NCBI GenBank assembly: GCA_051294905.1
Contig: CM119371.1
Coordinates: 32,428,001 to 32,492,000, forward strand
Direction: 5' to 3'
Source of the DNA: Botryllus schlosseri
Taxonomy: Eukaryota
DNA: 64,000 nucleotides
In this document: one piece after another, positions 1 through 13,465 of the stretch
Position numbering within the stretch: position 1 is the stretch's first letter
Layout of the letters: the number at the start of each line of letters is the position of its first letter
Notes under the pieces: generated by a model
What the model was told of the DNA's origin: nothing
Database searches by the model: none
Seen by the model: the letters and a program-made list of their open reading frames with translations, nothing else
Translations under genes and position numbers: made by a program

Positions 1-135
1 AGGTGTAGTGTGGGGCGACTGTTAATGAACAAGAAAGTCGAACAGTAAGTAGAAAGCATATCAATAATCAGTTTTGAATACCAATATTAAACATCAGAAC
101 ACATTTTCAAATTATTTCAATATATACTGTCCATA

Positions 136-2131
136 TTATGCACTTGACGTTTTTTCGGTGCATTTCGGAGTATGTAGGAACTTGGCAAATGCAGATTGAA
201 TTTGCTGAAGGGTGCCATTTGATAATTTGTACTGGCCCCTTAATGTTGCCAAGGTTGGAGGTTCAACGATACACAAGAAATGAGCATAAGGAACCCAACA
301 TACATCTTCATATTCAGGAAATCTGAATGAGACCGAAGGCCCTTTTGGATACATAAATTTTACTTTAGCATCATCATTTGCATTATCCACTTCGGTGATA
401 TATCCAATGAACCAGTCATTGTCATAAATAACAGATGCATAACTGCCCTGCTTGATGCCATCAACACATGGGTGACATTTAGGCTGTGAAAAATCAAAAA
501 TTAAACTGTCCTTCTCGTCAAAATTTATGCGTTTCATGGCAACTTTGCAATTAGATATTGGCCGAAAATTATGAAAGGATCCGGTTCCTTTGATGGTGCT
601 ACCAAGAGCAAATCTTTTTTTCAATTGTTCTCTTGTAATTTGGAGGTCTGTTTCTGGAAGCTCTTTGAAATAGATGCTGGGAATTGCAGTTTTGCAGTAC
701 TTCATCATTTCTTGAACTCTGTTCTGTCAGTGACTGTCCACTGATTGAATGTAATTGGTTCATTGAAATCTTCAAATTTCCTTTTTATATATTCCTCAAC
801 TACTTTGGGGCCTGGGCAATGAGAACAACGTTGCAACATACAGTCTTTGCTCTTTGTATCACACACCATCATGCTGATCAACTCATGGTAACTCTCCTCA
901 AATTGTGCTGATTTCATCATCAATATCACATTCTGGTGTATTGTACACACGCAAACTGAATGTGTACCTGAGGATCCTGCCAATACACACCATTTTGGCC
1001 TTAAAGCTGCAAAGGTTGAAAATCCAACTTTGAGGTCATTGTGCTTCTCTCGAAATAGCTGATACAACTCTTTCAAGGTACATAAAATCAATTTTTTCTG
1101 CTGATATACGTTTCTTTTAACTAAGACCTTATCCCGAATTCCAGGCATTGTTCTTGAATTATCATCATTGCAGTAAAATTCTGAGATTGTTTCTTTTATT
1201 GACTGACTTAAAGCCTTTCCCTTTCTTGATGGTGGTTTACTCAAAATACCATTTCCCCGAGTATGCTTTTAGCAGCAGTCACTAAACAATATGGGACACC
1301 AAAATACTGAGATATTTCTTTTTTATTCCACGAATTTGGAGCTAATGTCAGTAGTTGGATTTTCTCTGCTCTTGTTGTATCAGTATGATTTATCTTGGCA
1401 AAAATTTCTCCCATTAAGATATCCAGATCATTAGCTTTTTGTTCCAATGATCTGTTGGAATAACTCTCCTCACTGACTTCATCTATTGAGAGGTCTAGTG
1501 CAGTTGCAACCTTTTTTGTCATTCTGTTTCTAATCTTCAATAATTTTCTTTTGCCGTACTGAGAGCGTCGATCTTTGGCCATACCATGCAGTTTCAAGGG
1601 GGATACTCCAATTTCGTTCAAACTTGAATTCAATACAAAACTTGATACCTGATCAATTGAACATTCTTCCTCACCATCTTCACCATTTTCCTCACTATCT
1701 TCACCATTAGAAGAGTCACAGATTTGCGCACACATTGCTTTCAACTTAATATTGCAGTTATTACAAACTTTCTTTCCTGGAACAACTGTTACCATCTGCT
1801 TCTGTAAAGCCTTTGTCTGCTCAAGTGTTATGGCATGGATGTTCTTTCTAATTTTCCTTCTATGACATTTCAAGGGGTCACAACAAGTTACCTGCAATGC
1901 TTCATACTGGTCTATCATCAGTGCTTTGTGCTGTCCACATATTGTCTCAACTTTCCCCTCTTCGCTGATTAAATTTGCTCTGTGTAGAAGTTTCTCTCTT
2001 TCCTCAACATCCAATTCTTTACATGGAACTAGTGATTTCTTGGTCACAAATGTTAGCTTATGGCACTCGCTGGGCTTATCTAATAGTATTCCAACACTGC
2101 AGGATTCTATCGCGTTCATTGTAAATAGCAT
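136..2131 (-). pseudogene. Disrupted DNA-transposon transposase, Sola-like (probably Sola2), in three ORF pieces
   Basis: ORFs 1241-2131, 705-1244 and 136-708 abut in different frames. Motifs SRTMPG..D, LCTLKELY..F, VGFSTFAALRPKWC and HSVCVCTIHQN, plus a C-terminal YDNDWFIGYI..VKFMYPKGP..F..P..EDVCWVP domain. There is a frameshift near 1250 (GE..GILSKP). The catalytic core expected after QWTVTDR appears deleted at ~705. Confidence 0.6.
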
Positions 2132-3151
2132 AAAACCTGATTGTATCTCAACAACAAGACAGCACTATTACTCAACAACTCATAGCTATTTCAAATTATT
2201 TATGCCATGTCTACTGATTAACATCAATCGAAAGATTGCAGATCATCAGAGATATCCTACACGGATTGGCAAGACATTAAATAGGCAATAATATGCATAC
2301 ATGACTCGGTGTACGTGATTGGAATTTTGACTGACATCACATGCAACAGTAAATGTTATGATGACATTTTGACACGTTACGTAGACCAACAATCGTATCA
2401 ATATTACTCATAATATAGGCATAGGATATAGAGCAAACAATGAACTTGTAGTCATAAAATATACTGTTTAGCATGGATAAAACATGGAATAACTCACTAC
2501 CTGTCATACTTACAGAAAGTCTAAATATCGTTTGAAAGGTAACCCATAAGTTCACTTGCAAGCATAATGAACATATCCAATTAATAAGATTACTCTCTGA
2601 GCATGGCAACAAGTATCTACTAAACGCAAAATCAGATAGTTAGAATTTTACTTTTAATATTTATGAGAAATTGTGCTATTTTTCACTGAGTACCAAATCA
2701 TATTTTACACTATGCTGTGGTCAAATATCAATATTACAACCAAGTTTATTGTATTCTAATTGGCAACAGCTTTCATATGACACCTTGTTCGTGAATTTTG
2801 GTTTAAATAGAATTGCGCCAGATAAGTTTGAAAATAACGTTACGCATCACTGATTTCAACACATGGCAATTTTAAAACCAGGATTTGACCCTTGACCCTA
2901 TATTGTGAAGCAGGCAAATTCCTAGTAAGTAAAGACCATGCACCGACAATCATTGTTAAACAGCATTCAAACCAATACCTTGCAATACTAATGATCTGTT
3001 GCAGTTACAGTCATACACAGATTTTGAGCAGTAAAATTTCACGGTTGAGTAAGCACAAAATCATCATTTTTTGAAGTGCAATAACTTTAAGACCGTTCAA
3101 CAAAAATTTCTGAAATCAATTTCATTTTACTCAGCACTAGTTACTCTAGTT

Positions 3152-4246
3152 CAGGGGTGGGCAAACTTTTGAGCTCGCGGGCCGCATTCAACATCTAAAT
3201 TCATTCGCGGGCCGCATTGTATAAAATTGAGATTATATCGTGAGGACATGGAGATTATATATGTTCCTATTTAAAACAAAACAAACATTGCTTTGATGAT
3301 ATCGTACACACATCAGAAACATGGCGAGATTTCATTGGCTGGTCGACTTCAATAACCAATTTGTCAAAACTATATAGATGAAAATCGGTTGTCCCGATTC
3401 TTAGAACAGGATTGGAATTTAAATCTATGAGCAGCGATCTGTTCATAGATTTAGTAATTCCACTTTTGGTTCAGTTCCAGGACACACAAATACTCACAGC
3501 ATCATAACCATGTTAGCTTCAAACACCCATCTACGATGTGTGGATAAAATATAAATACCCCAATTCTACACATACAGAGAACGAATCTACCTAAGACACG
3601 CGTAAATCGTTTGTATAAGCACATCACTGAAATAATTAAAACTGAAGTTATCCGAGTTATCCGAGTTACATCAATCTCGTTTAGGATTTCTGTGATGTTT
3701 AGTATATAGTTGAAACCTTTCAAACTGCGTGGGCCTTGAGATCGGGCTGTCGCGCCAGAAATTAAACATAAAGTAAGGAAGTATTTACCTTAAAATAGTG
3801 GCTCTCAAACTTTTTGAGACACGCCCCCCTTATGATGGTGAAAAATTTCGCGCCACCCTTATCGTCATATCACAAAACGCAACTATAGGGTGCTAGCAAA
3901 CCTAACAGATAGTTAGATGGCACGGAAGGTTACGAATGTGGATCAGGAATTTTTCAATATGAAATTTAGACTAAATACACAGCAACAACCATGACGTGAC
4001 CGAAAATCGCGCGAAGCGCGAAAAATTTTTTCAGTGGAGGGGGTGCACCCCAGATTTAGAACCACTGTCTTCAAATTATCATGGTGAAATAAACTAAGAA
4101 AAAGTTTATTGAAGTCCCTGCATTTATTCGATTTTTAGTACGGATTTTATCAATATTTTTAAAAAGTTTCTTTAGACTCTCGCGGGCCGCACAGAACGGT
4201 GTGGCGGGCCGCATGCGGCCCGCGGGCCGTAGTTTGCCCACCCCTG
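3152..4246 (+). mobile_element. Non-autonomous hAT (Charlie-like) composite MITE, copy 1
   Basis: TIR CAGGGGTGGGCAAACT / AGTTTGCCCACCCCTG with perfect 8-bp TSD CTCTAGTT. Subterminal GCGGGCCGC motifs. Internal MITE at ~3796-4067. Confidence 0.92.
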
Positions 4247-5460
4247 CTCTAGTTGCACAAGATTTTACAGAAAATTCTGAGGAGGGTGTGGAGACGGATT
4301 TAAAAAATATTTGCATCTTGAGAGGGAATTACTCAGCTGTCTGATCCTTGTATTAGTGGCATTTACGCATCTACTATAAACCCTTATGAATAGATGCTGC
4401 ATTGAGGCCCGCGTCTGCCTTGAAGGTTCGAGTCTATGATATAATTCTTGTTGCATCGTGTAATTTACAATAGGCTTTGATGAAAACTTCTATATTTAAA
4501 CTTCTTATTGTCTCAGCAAAACTGAATATCATCACACAACTACAATAAAGCTGTAATAGCCATAAATTATTTTGATTATGTCAGCTTTGCGTAACTTATT
4601 GCCAAACACGAGCACAAAAATATGTATGTGTGCTTACATGAAAAATTCGTCAATTATTTATCGTAGAACTACTCGCCATAAACACTTTATTTTAATTCCA
4701 ATATCTTTAGCATCAATAATTCTGGTTCTACAGGTTGAAATTGAGCCAAATTTGGTATACAGCGTTGTTTTGACCAATGTAGTAGCCAGTAAAATGAACA
4801 TGCATGGCGCAAAAGATCTCATTCGCCAAGAAGCAACCCCCATCTAAACTACCATACATACATGCATTCATTCCTTTCCTGTACTTTTTTATATTTTTTT
4901 CATATTATATTCAAAACTTGAAAGCCACCCATGATCTCCAAACATTTGCTAGGTAGTGAAGGCTGTGATCCAAACCAGCAACTATTTTGAATTGTTATCG
5001 TAAGTGGTATTTGATCTGTGTGAATAGAAATTGCATAACCAGTTGGTTTTGTATCGGGTGAGTTCAGTCTTCAACATCGTTGTCAATTCAGTTTTTAATC
5101 TTGCTGTTTGACGTCGCGGAGTGGGGACTGCACATTTTGTGACTTTCGTATGATATGACCTAGCTAAGGCGTTTTACATGGTGAATTGGAGTCTAAAATA
5201 TGAATTTATGGGGATTGGTGATGTCAAAATGGGCAAAAATAAGATCTGATAAATGCCGAGAATAAGCTTTGGCATATGCCCAAAATAAACATGCCTGCTT
5301 ATTGCAAGACATCTTTCAAAAAGTACCGCAGACATGGTCCGGTTAATTTTTTTTCCTTCGGGAATATCTTATAGTGACGAGAGCATAGACTCAATGGCGA
5401 AAAGCAGATTTCTATTTGATCTAGCCTACTCAAATGGGTATGGGGGTGTCTACTGTCTAG

Positions 5461-5836
5461 CAGTGTTGGGATGACTCGAGTCACCTTTTTCGTATGACTT
5501 GACTTGACTCGAGTCACTTTGCAAAAATGACTCGACTTGACTTGACTCGGCGTATCAGAAATGTGGATTGACTCGTGATTCGAGGCAAAATTTACGAGTC
5601 AATTTCAAGTTAAGTAATCGGTGTCGATAAACATCAGCGTACCGTCCGGTATCTTGTTTGCCAATGATTGGAATGTTCGCGAAACGCTTGTGTAACCCGT
5701 GAGAGCGATCAACCCTTCAATAATCGTGCGTTTTAATGAGCCTCCATTGTTGACTGGAGTCAACTCCAAAAATCGAGTGACTTGACTTGACTCGAGTCAC
5801 CTTCGAAAATCGAGTGACTTGACTTGACTCGAGTCA
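5461..5836. repeat. MITE fragment with GACTTGACTCGAGTC subterminal repeats
   Basis: Starts CAGTGTTGGGATGACTCGAGTC and carries many GACTTGACTCGAG units. A related copy lies at 31148-31714. Confidence 0.65.
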
Positions 5837-6032
5837 AAATGTGCGATGAATGACATTCGTATTTTATATCTCAATTGCAAAATACAGGAAGTGGTGTGCT
5901 TTCACATTCATTAAAGAAATAGGATTATATTTTGACTTAAAAGTATGGGTCATAATTTTTTTATGATGTCACAACAGAGAGTACATGGTCTACTTTCTGC
6001 GTGCGTCACAAAGGTGCAAGTGGTATAAGGAA

Positions 6033-6457
6033 TAGGGGTGTTCAAAAATGACTTTTTTCTCAAATCGTAATGGCTAGTTGATTTAAGCCTACCCACCAAA
6101 TTTGGTTCAATTCCAACCGGTGGCCGCATTGCTACAGGAGAAGCAAGTTTCTATTTATTACGGTATGTAAAAATAAATAATGAAAAATTTGAAAATTTTC
6201 TGTTCACCCCATGTAAGTGTTAGGTTGTCTATAGAAATGATGTTCACCAAATTTGGTTCAATTCCAACCAGTGGCAGCGGAATTATTGCCGTCGCAAAAT
6301 TTGGATTCGAATAAAATAGTATTTACGGGGAGCACCGCTATAATAAATAATTGAAGAATTGAACCAACTTTGATGTGCAGACTTAAATTCGGTAACCTAA
6401 CAATTTTATTAAGTAGCCAGTACGATTTGAGAAAAAAGTCATTTTTGAAGACCCCTA
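6033..6457. mobile_element. hAT-type MITE
   Basis: ~37-bp TIR TAGGGGTGTTCAAAAATGACTTTTTTCTCAAATCGTA with perfect 8-bp TSD ATAAGGAA. A related fragment lies at ~63481. Confidence 0.88.
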
Positions 6458-6633
6458 ATAAGGAACCGTTCATGAATAGCCTAACTTACAACTTGTTTCG
6501 GACAGGTGATACTTTAAAAGAATGGAGACCTTTGAACAAATTTTGTTAAATTCCGACAATGCAATTAAGCCGACACTTGGCTGTATAGTGAATTCTATAG
6601 TGATTGCAGAGACTTCAATACAACCATATATAA

Positions 6634-9203
6634 TAGGGTGGAGTGAAAAATGAAAATTTTTGAATTTCAAAAAAAGGTCTTGATATGTGGTGCCAAATAG
6701 TAAACAATTAAATTCTATCATAATTTTGGGTTCGTACACCCTCTAGTGGTCATGCAATTCCACCGAACGAGCCAAAAGCAGCTAATTTCGCCATATCTTG
6801 ATCATCACTTACGCTAGAAAGTCAGTATTGGGCTTAAAAGATGCAGAAGCAACATGTTTCTATCTCACTTCCATAGAACTTACTCTTAAAAATGAACAGA
6901 AAAAAAGTTACAAGCAAATTTCTCATTTTATAGGTAAAATTAAGCACTGAAGCAGTGGGTAGGATGGTGTAGTGATTGATCTTATGACTGAGCAACATAC
7001 CCTATCAATTATAACCACTTTTCAAAACTTGCTCAAACAAATGAAACCCCCTCCAAGCATAAATAGGGCTTGGGCATCAAATAGAGACTGCTAAAACTGT
7101 ATTTAAAACAGCGTCCATTGGTAGTGCAGCGTCACGATATCGGTAAGTTTATAACAACGGCCCGCATGAGATTTCTTACTAAAATGCTGCCGTAGGGTTT
7201 GTATCATATTTGTCACAAAGCTCCTGAATGAAAGCACAAAAATTGAAAATACACATTCAAGACACAAACATCAATTCTATACTGGAAACAGAAATTTTTT
7301 GTAGCAGTATCATATGAGTATCAGTGTGCACAAACATTAAAATCATGTTTAGTATTGAAAGATTTCATCTGCTTTCAAGACTCCAGTTTTCGTCTGATGA
7401 GACTATCTCTACGTTTAAATCCTGAAAGATTGTGCAGATGCTTATATCACCACTGTCACATGTCTTTCCGCTTCCTGGTTATGGCAAGGATAACTGAGCC
7501 TTAATGGTGATGATCGTAGGTTTCCCAGTTCTTGATCAGACAAGGTCTTGATTGCGATGCAGGCGGCTGCTCAATATTTTTGAGGTTGAAGTTGACAATT
7601 TGGTGGAAAGATTAAGCCTTGATGTTGATAACTGGAATTTGGAAGAATCTGATGCTGGTGTCAATGTTGCTGCTTTAGGGTTTGGTTTCATTTATATACC
7701 TCCTTCAAAGTCGTCAATTGGAACCAGATCTGCAATATTTAGAGGCTGGCCCATCGTTCATGCAATATGGTTGACTCTTTCATCTCAAATTCCAAAGTAC
7801 TATGTGGGACAGAGTCGTCCATCGAGAAATCTGAACTGTCTTGCTCAATGCTGCATGGAGGTTGATTTTCCGTTATGGTTTGAAATAAAAATGCACAGCT
7901 CCATTGTAGATGGTGCTAAAAATTTCCACAATATAGTTTCCCGTGTCACAAAGCTGACTGATACCCGAATTCACTCCCTTGCACTATCTTTGCTACGAAG
8001 AAATGCTCATTTTGAACATCCAGAAAATATTTTGCTGTGTATGCTTTGGTGACGAGGAAGGAAACGTCCGAAGATTTACAGTTAACAAGATTACAGCTAT
8101 GCGCAGAACAACCACACCATACCAAATTCCAATTATGAATTTGAAGGAAGATATATAAATAACACCAAACCTAAAAACAGCGACATTGAGCATCAGTTTC
8201 TTCAAAATTCCAGTTATCAACATCAAGGCTTAATCTTTCCACCAAATTGTCAACTTAAACCACAAAGATATTGAACACCCGCCTGCAATCACGACCTTGT
8301 CAGATGTCGAGGTGGAAAACCTAGGATCATCACCATTAGGGCTCAGTCATCCTTGCCACAACCAGGCAGTGGAAAGACATTAAAACGTGGTTACTGTAGC
8401 ATCTACCCATGTTTCAGTATTTAAACGTAGAGATAGACTCATCAGACGAAAACTGGAGTCTTGAAAGCAGATGAAATCTTTCCATACTAAACATGATTTT
8501 AATGTTTGTGCACACTGATACTCATATGATACTGCTACAAAAATTTTCTGTTCAATTGATGTTTGTGTTTTGAATGTGTATGTTCAATTTTTGTGCTTTC
8601 ATTCAGGAGCTTTGTGACAAATATGATACAAACCCTATGACAGCATTTTGGTAAGAAATCTCATGAGGGCCGTTGTTATAAACTTACCGATATCGTGATG
8701 CTGCACTACCAATGGACGCTGTTTTAAATACAGTTTAGCAGTCTCTGTTTGATGCCCGAGCCCTATTTATGCTTGGAGGGGGTTTCATTTGTTTGAGCAA
8801 GTTTTAAAAAGTGGTTATAATTGATAGGGTATGTTGCTCAGTCATAAGATCGATCACTACACGCTTTTGACATCCTACCCACTGCTCCAGTGCTTAATTT
8901 TACCTATAAAATGAGAAATTTGCTTGTAACTTTTTTTCTGTTCATTTTTAAGAGTACGTTCTATTGAAGTGAGGTAGAAACATGTTGCTTCTGCATCTTT
9001 TAAGCCCAAAACTGACTTTCTAGTGTAAGTGATGATCAAGATATGGCAAAATTAGCTGTTTTTGGCTCGTTCGGTGAAATTGCACGACCACTAGAGGGTG
9101 TACGAACCCAAAATTATGATGGAATTTTTTTGTTTACTATTTGGCACCACATGTCACGACCCTTTTTTGAAATTCAAAAATTTTCATTTTTCACTCCACC
9201 CTA
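6634..9203. mobile_element. Palindromic non-autonomous hATm-type element with ~1.1-kb inverted arms
   Basis: Termini TAGGGTGGAGTG / CACTCCACCCTA with perfect 8-bp TSD ATATATAA. The arms ~6634-7730 and ~8120-9203 are inverted repeats. Confidence 0.9.
7750..8519 (+). pseudogene. C-terminal fragment of a hATm-type transposase
   Basis: Motifs HAIWLT, PLWFEIK, RNAHFEHPENILLCML and HPCHNQAVERH..RD.LIR, interrupted by stops and frameshifts. An inverted second copy of the 3' part sits in the left arm. Confidence 0.7.
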
Positions 9204-9669
9204 ATATATAAACATCTAGTTTTAAAAAGGCGCCATTTAATAGAACCACATATAAATATCTATTATCAAAATGTTATAAAGTTGCATGCATTTGTCGCCA
9301 TTAAATTTAGGGGGGATTCTGGTTTTGAAAGGTTCACTGGTCCGCAAAATTTGCTTCAAAGTTTTACGGTCAGCGAGGTCAACAAGGTCGGGAACTACAG
9401 GTCCAATGTACTTTTTTATCTGCAATATCACAACCATCGCGAATCATTGTTGCCCGTGAGCATGTCAAAATTTTTGGAACCGTATTCATAATTAGATCAG
9501 GTCAGGATTAGGGATCGAGTTAGCTAGCGTCTGATGTATCTTAAGAATAGAGTAAAGGTTTAAGCTGAGACTATCGTATGTAAACATGGTATGACAACAA
9601 CAGATTTATCAGCCTCGTTCCGCTTCGCTGAGGCCAGAGTATAAATTGTTTAGCCTTTAGAGGCAGACA

Positions 9670-10059
9670 CTGTAGGGTTTATGGCAGTCCAAAAGCTGTC
9701 TTCCAGAGGACAGAATTTAGTGAAAGTCGTATTGATTGAAAGATATCGACGCACTGATTCCGAAAATATAGATTAAAATTTGATCATAGCTCCGGGATCC
9801 TGATCGAAATCTACCCCAACATCTGAAATCTCCGTTGTTCAGAACAATTAGATGGCCGCAAAGCAATGAGCTATTACAACTCTCTGATTATTCCGACAAC
9901 GCCGATATTTCAGACATTGAAAGCGAATTCTAGTGTTTCCATTGTCCTGATCATATTTTAATTTATAATTTCGGAATCAGTGCGACGCTAGCTTTACAGC
10001 TCGAGACCAGTAACTTCCGCGTCTTGAGTTAGCTATTGGATTGCCAGAAATCCTACAGT
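9670..10059. mobile_element. MITE with long imperfect TIRs
   Basis: ACTGTAGGGTTTATGGCAGTCCAAAAGCT ... AGCTATTGGATTGCCAGAAATCCTACAGT, plus an inner inverted pair GCACTGATTCCGAAA / TTTCGGAATCAGTGC. Related sequence at ~33235-33515. Confidence 0.6.
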
Positions 10060-10745
10060 CGATGCCGCTAAACAAAAAATCCAGATTCCAGCTTCAGCGA
10101 AGTGGAACGAAGCAAAAAAACCAGTTGTTTCCATTCCATGTTTACATTCAATACTGTCTACTGAGAGTGACCCGAAATCCTAATTTTACCATACCCAAAC
10201 CCGTAACTAATTATAAACACCATATAGTTTGACATGTTCATGGGGAACCCTGATTGGTGATGATCATGTTGTGGTGGATAAGAAATCACTAGATACCCAT
10301 CATATGAAACGATATAAAATTTCAGAAATGTGAATCCTGACTGATAAGGTTTTCGTTTTGTGCGAAAATCATATTTTGCTGGTTTCGTTCTTTTAATACT
10401 TTGGTGTACGGTATTAGATGTGTATTATAGACGAATTTGTCTTTTTATAACGGCTTCCAGACTAGCGTAAGTGCTACGCAGGTTAGCAAAAGTTGGAAAC
10501 CACTGATGTAGATGACATCTTTGTAAGTTCACCTCCACTACATGATGCTTGTGCAGGCTTTCTTCCAATATTCTTTTCTTGTTGCGTAATTTCACCTTAC
10601 TACACTTTACTTAGCATTATTCCTAATCTGGGACCCACTCTGATAATTATGTAATGTGCTATGTCTTCGTGTTCATTTATCGTTTGAAAGCTGTCTTTTT
10701 GCTTCAAATGCCAAGACAATGTCAGGGGCTGCTATATCCAATAGC

Positions 10746-11483
10746 TAGGGTTACCATATATTGGGATTCGGAAAGGAGGGCACTTTTTAGAACTGACAAA
10801 AGTTAGATTATCGGACTACAAACGTGCTGATCAGGGGCGTATCTAGCCGGAAAAAAAACGGGGGGTACCTTTAGAATAGGGGGTGTTTTTAAAAGGAGAG
10901 TGTGTTCCTAGTTCTAACCGATTGATCAGCTTAAATGTATGCAGAAATGCAGATATTACCACAGTTGGTTACGTAATCCTACTCGTGTTTGTGACTTCTT
11001 CATTCGCATATACAAAACTGTGACTTCTTCATTCGCATATACAAAACTAAGTACAAAACTAAGTACAACTAAACATAACATTGTAACCTGTAAGCAAAGA
11101 TAACAGCATAAAGAGAGACAGCGAGGTATCTTGACCTTAATTACCAAAGCGAAGATGTTATCAGGTAAGTGCGCGCAGATCATATTACAGCACCGGACAC
11201 CCATTACCCCCCTAAATACGCCCCTGGTGCTGATTCTAAAATTTTTACGGGGAGTCCCATTGTGTTGACTAAAAAAAGGACATTTTTTATTTCTACTCTC
11301 CAAGATCCGCTCAAAAATGCCCTCGTTACAGATTTCGCGTAATTTATGGAGTTTTTTAGCTGTGCCTGTCCAGTGGCCTGGCTGTCAAAGCTATAGAGGG
11401 GGACGAATTCCCAATTGTTTGACAATTAGGTGTTCTCGGAGGACATTTTCAATTTCTTGAAAACGGAGGACGTATGGACCCTA
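10746..11483. mobile_element. hAT (Blackjack-like) MITE
   Basis: TAGGGTTACCA ... TGGACCCTA termini with GAGGAC/GTCCTC motifs. Relatives at ~20418-20825 and 32270-32642. Confidence 0.65.
10832..11226. mobile_element. hAT (Tip100-like) MITE nested in the previous MITE
   Basis: CAGGGGCGTAT / ATACGCCCCTG with perfect TSD GTGCTGAT. Confidence 0.88.
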
Positions 11484-11846
11484 CCGTAGCTTACTCAGTT
11501 CGCTCGCCTGCAGTTTTCTAAGCACTGTAACTGACAGGGCTGTGGAATTGGATCACTTTTGACTCCGACCCCTGACATTTTCTATGTACCTACTCTTACA
11601 ACATGAAACACAGCGACTCCGTCTCCGACTCCTAATATTTTCTGTACAGAAAACATTCATGTGAATTTACTCTGAAAATTATACATTCGTTACTTCCATT
11701 AGTTAATGTTTTTACCATTATTACATACTGTATTGCTGGCAGAACCTCTAAAAATGGTGGGCTCGCACAGGCGCGTGCCAGTCTAAAATAAAGTGGGGTG
11801 TCGTGAAGAAAAGAGAGGTGTTTCGGAACAAAATGATGCTCCATAT

Positions 11847-12357
11847 CAGTGGTTCTCAACTGGGGTGTTCGTGAAACCTCCTAATTTGCAAAATGTTTGA
11901 TAACCTAATTTCTGTTTATTCGCTTCATAAATGCTAAAACTTGAGGACTCTCGCAAACAGAATGGCTGTATGAGATGAATTATTCTACTGTGCGAACTGA
12001 TTTTAATCGCCATAGTGCCGATAGCTTGCTGATACAAACGTATTGCTGTTTGGTGTTTATAGATGTTTTGTTGAGGTTTTGGAATATATTTGCATGCAAA
12101 AAATCCAATTTCTACTGTGCTACCGCTATTCCAGAATAACTTCAAGATGAGCTGCCACATAGAAATGAGTATACAGGCTGGACGTTATATCGATAAAATG
12201 ATGTTGATGATGATGATGATGATGTTTTTGGCGCCATGTGTGTTGCGATCAGACCCAAAGGTGTTGTGTTATTATTACAATTGCCATCGCATATCTTTGC
12301 GTCGGTCCGCGACAGTCCAAAGGTGGTCCGCGAAGACAAAAAGGTCGAGAACCACTG
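11847..12357. mobile_element. hAT MITE
   Basis: CAGTGGTTCTCAAC / GTCGAGAACCACTG termini with a degenerate TSD. Contains a (GAT)n microsatellite at ~12200-12225. Confidence 0.6.
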
Positions 12358-13465
12358 TTCTAAATTATACCTGATTTGTCAGGATAATTATATGAACAAG
12401 AATCAGACAATCTCGCTCGCTTTAACAACTCTATACACAGCTATGGCTGGGCAAAATCGAGTACCTGAGTGATTCGACTCTGAATCACGTAATATGCTTT
12501 GAGTCGAGTAATCAAGTATCACTCATTATGACGTCATAGCAGAATTTAATAGGTCAAAGTTCAAATATGTTCCTTTTATCCGACCACAAAGAATATAATG
12601 CCTGTTATCCATCACATTAGAGCAGGGGTGTCAAACTCAAATCGCCCACGGCCGGACCAGTCAACTGGTTCCAAAATGTGCCTTTGTAACTTAGTTGAAT
12701 ACTCTATTATCAGGCATAAATAGATAATACACGGATCATAGAGGTTTTATTGTAGCAAGTCGTAAAAATGGCGAAAAATGAAATTGGCAAAAAGACGATG
12801 ATTGTCTGGTTTGATACAGTTACACTTATTAACCGATAAAACAGGGGCAGTAACAACGATATAAGTTGACATATCTCGATACTTCCTTTCCCGTAGTCGT
12901 AATCTGTTCGTTAGCCCATCGTATGCGTTGTGAGGAATACAAGACATTCAACTGTAAACGCGGACGCTGGAATGTGCATTATTATTAATATTAAATCGCA
13001 TGCTGGGTTTCTCTTTCCAAGTCCGGGTACCTATTGGTTAGGACGTTACACAGCTGTGCGATCATAGATATTTGAATTATATATTTGCCAAACTAATATA
13101 TTTCCCATGTAAACTGCAAATACCGGTTCCGCATTGGCGCTTTCGCTTCTGTGAATAGCTACTTTTTGGTCCATTTTTCCATAAAAAAAACTCGGAGATC
13201 AGTGTGCACTGTCGAATTAGCGAGAGCGATACCACAAAGCCGTCAGTGGTCATAATGTGGCCTATGATCATGCTCGACATTTGCTGTCTATTTAATGAAA
13301 GTATTTCATGCAGAAAATCTCATCATTTGTTACGAATGTGCTGGATAATAAAACAATTTCTCAATCTACTCAGAATTGCTCCGCGGAAGGCGCTGGAATG
13401 AATTTCAATTCGTAATCATGCACAATAACACACTGTCCAATTTTGCACTACGATTAAAAGACTAA

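Larger units (their letters stand above)
1..4334 (-). mobile_element. Sola-like DNA transposon (5' terminus near 4334; other end outside the window)
   Basis: Contains the transposase remnant. Read on -, the candidate terminus begins GAGTAATTCCCTCTCAAG, consistent with GRG-starting Sola2 termini. Interrupted by a hAT MITE at 3152-4246. The partner TIR is not visible, so the boundary is tentative. Confidence 0.4.

Noticed and set aside
7552..8052. 166-aa ORF as a real gene
   Set aside because: It is a chimera of antisense arm sequence and a transposase fragment across the palindrome junction.
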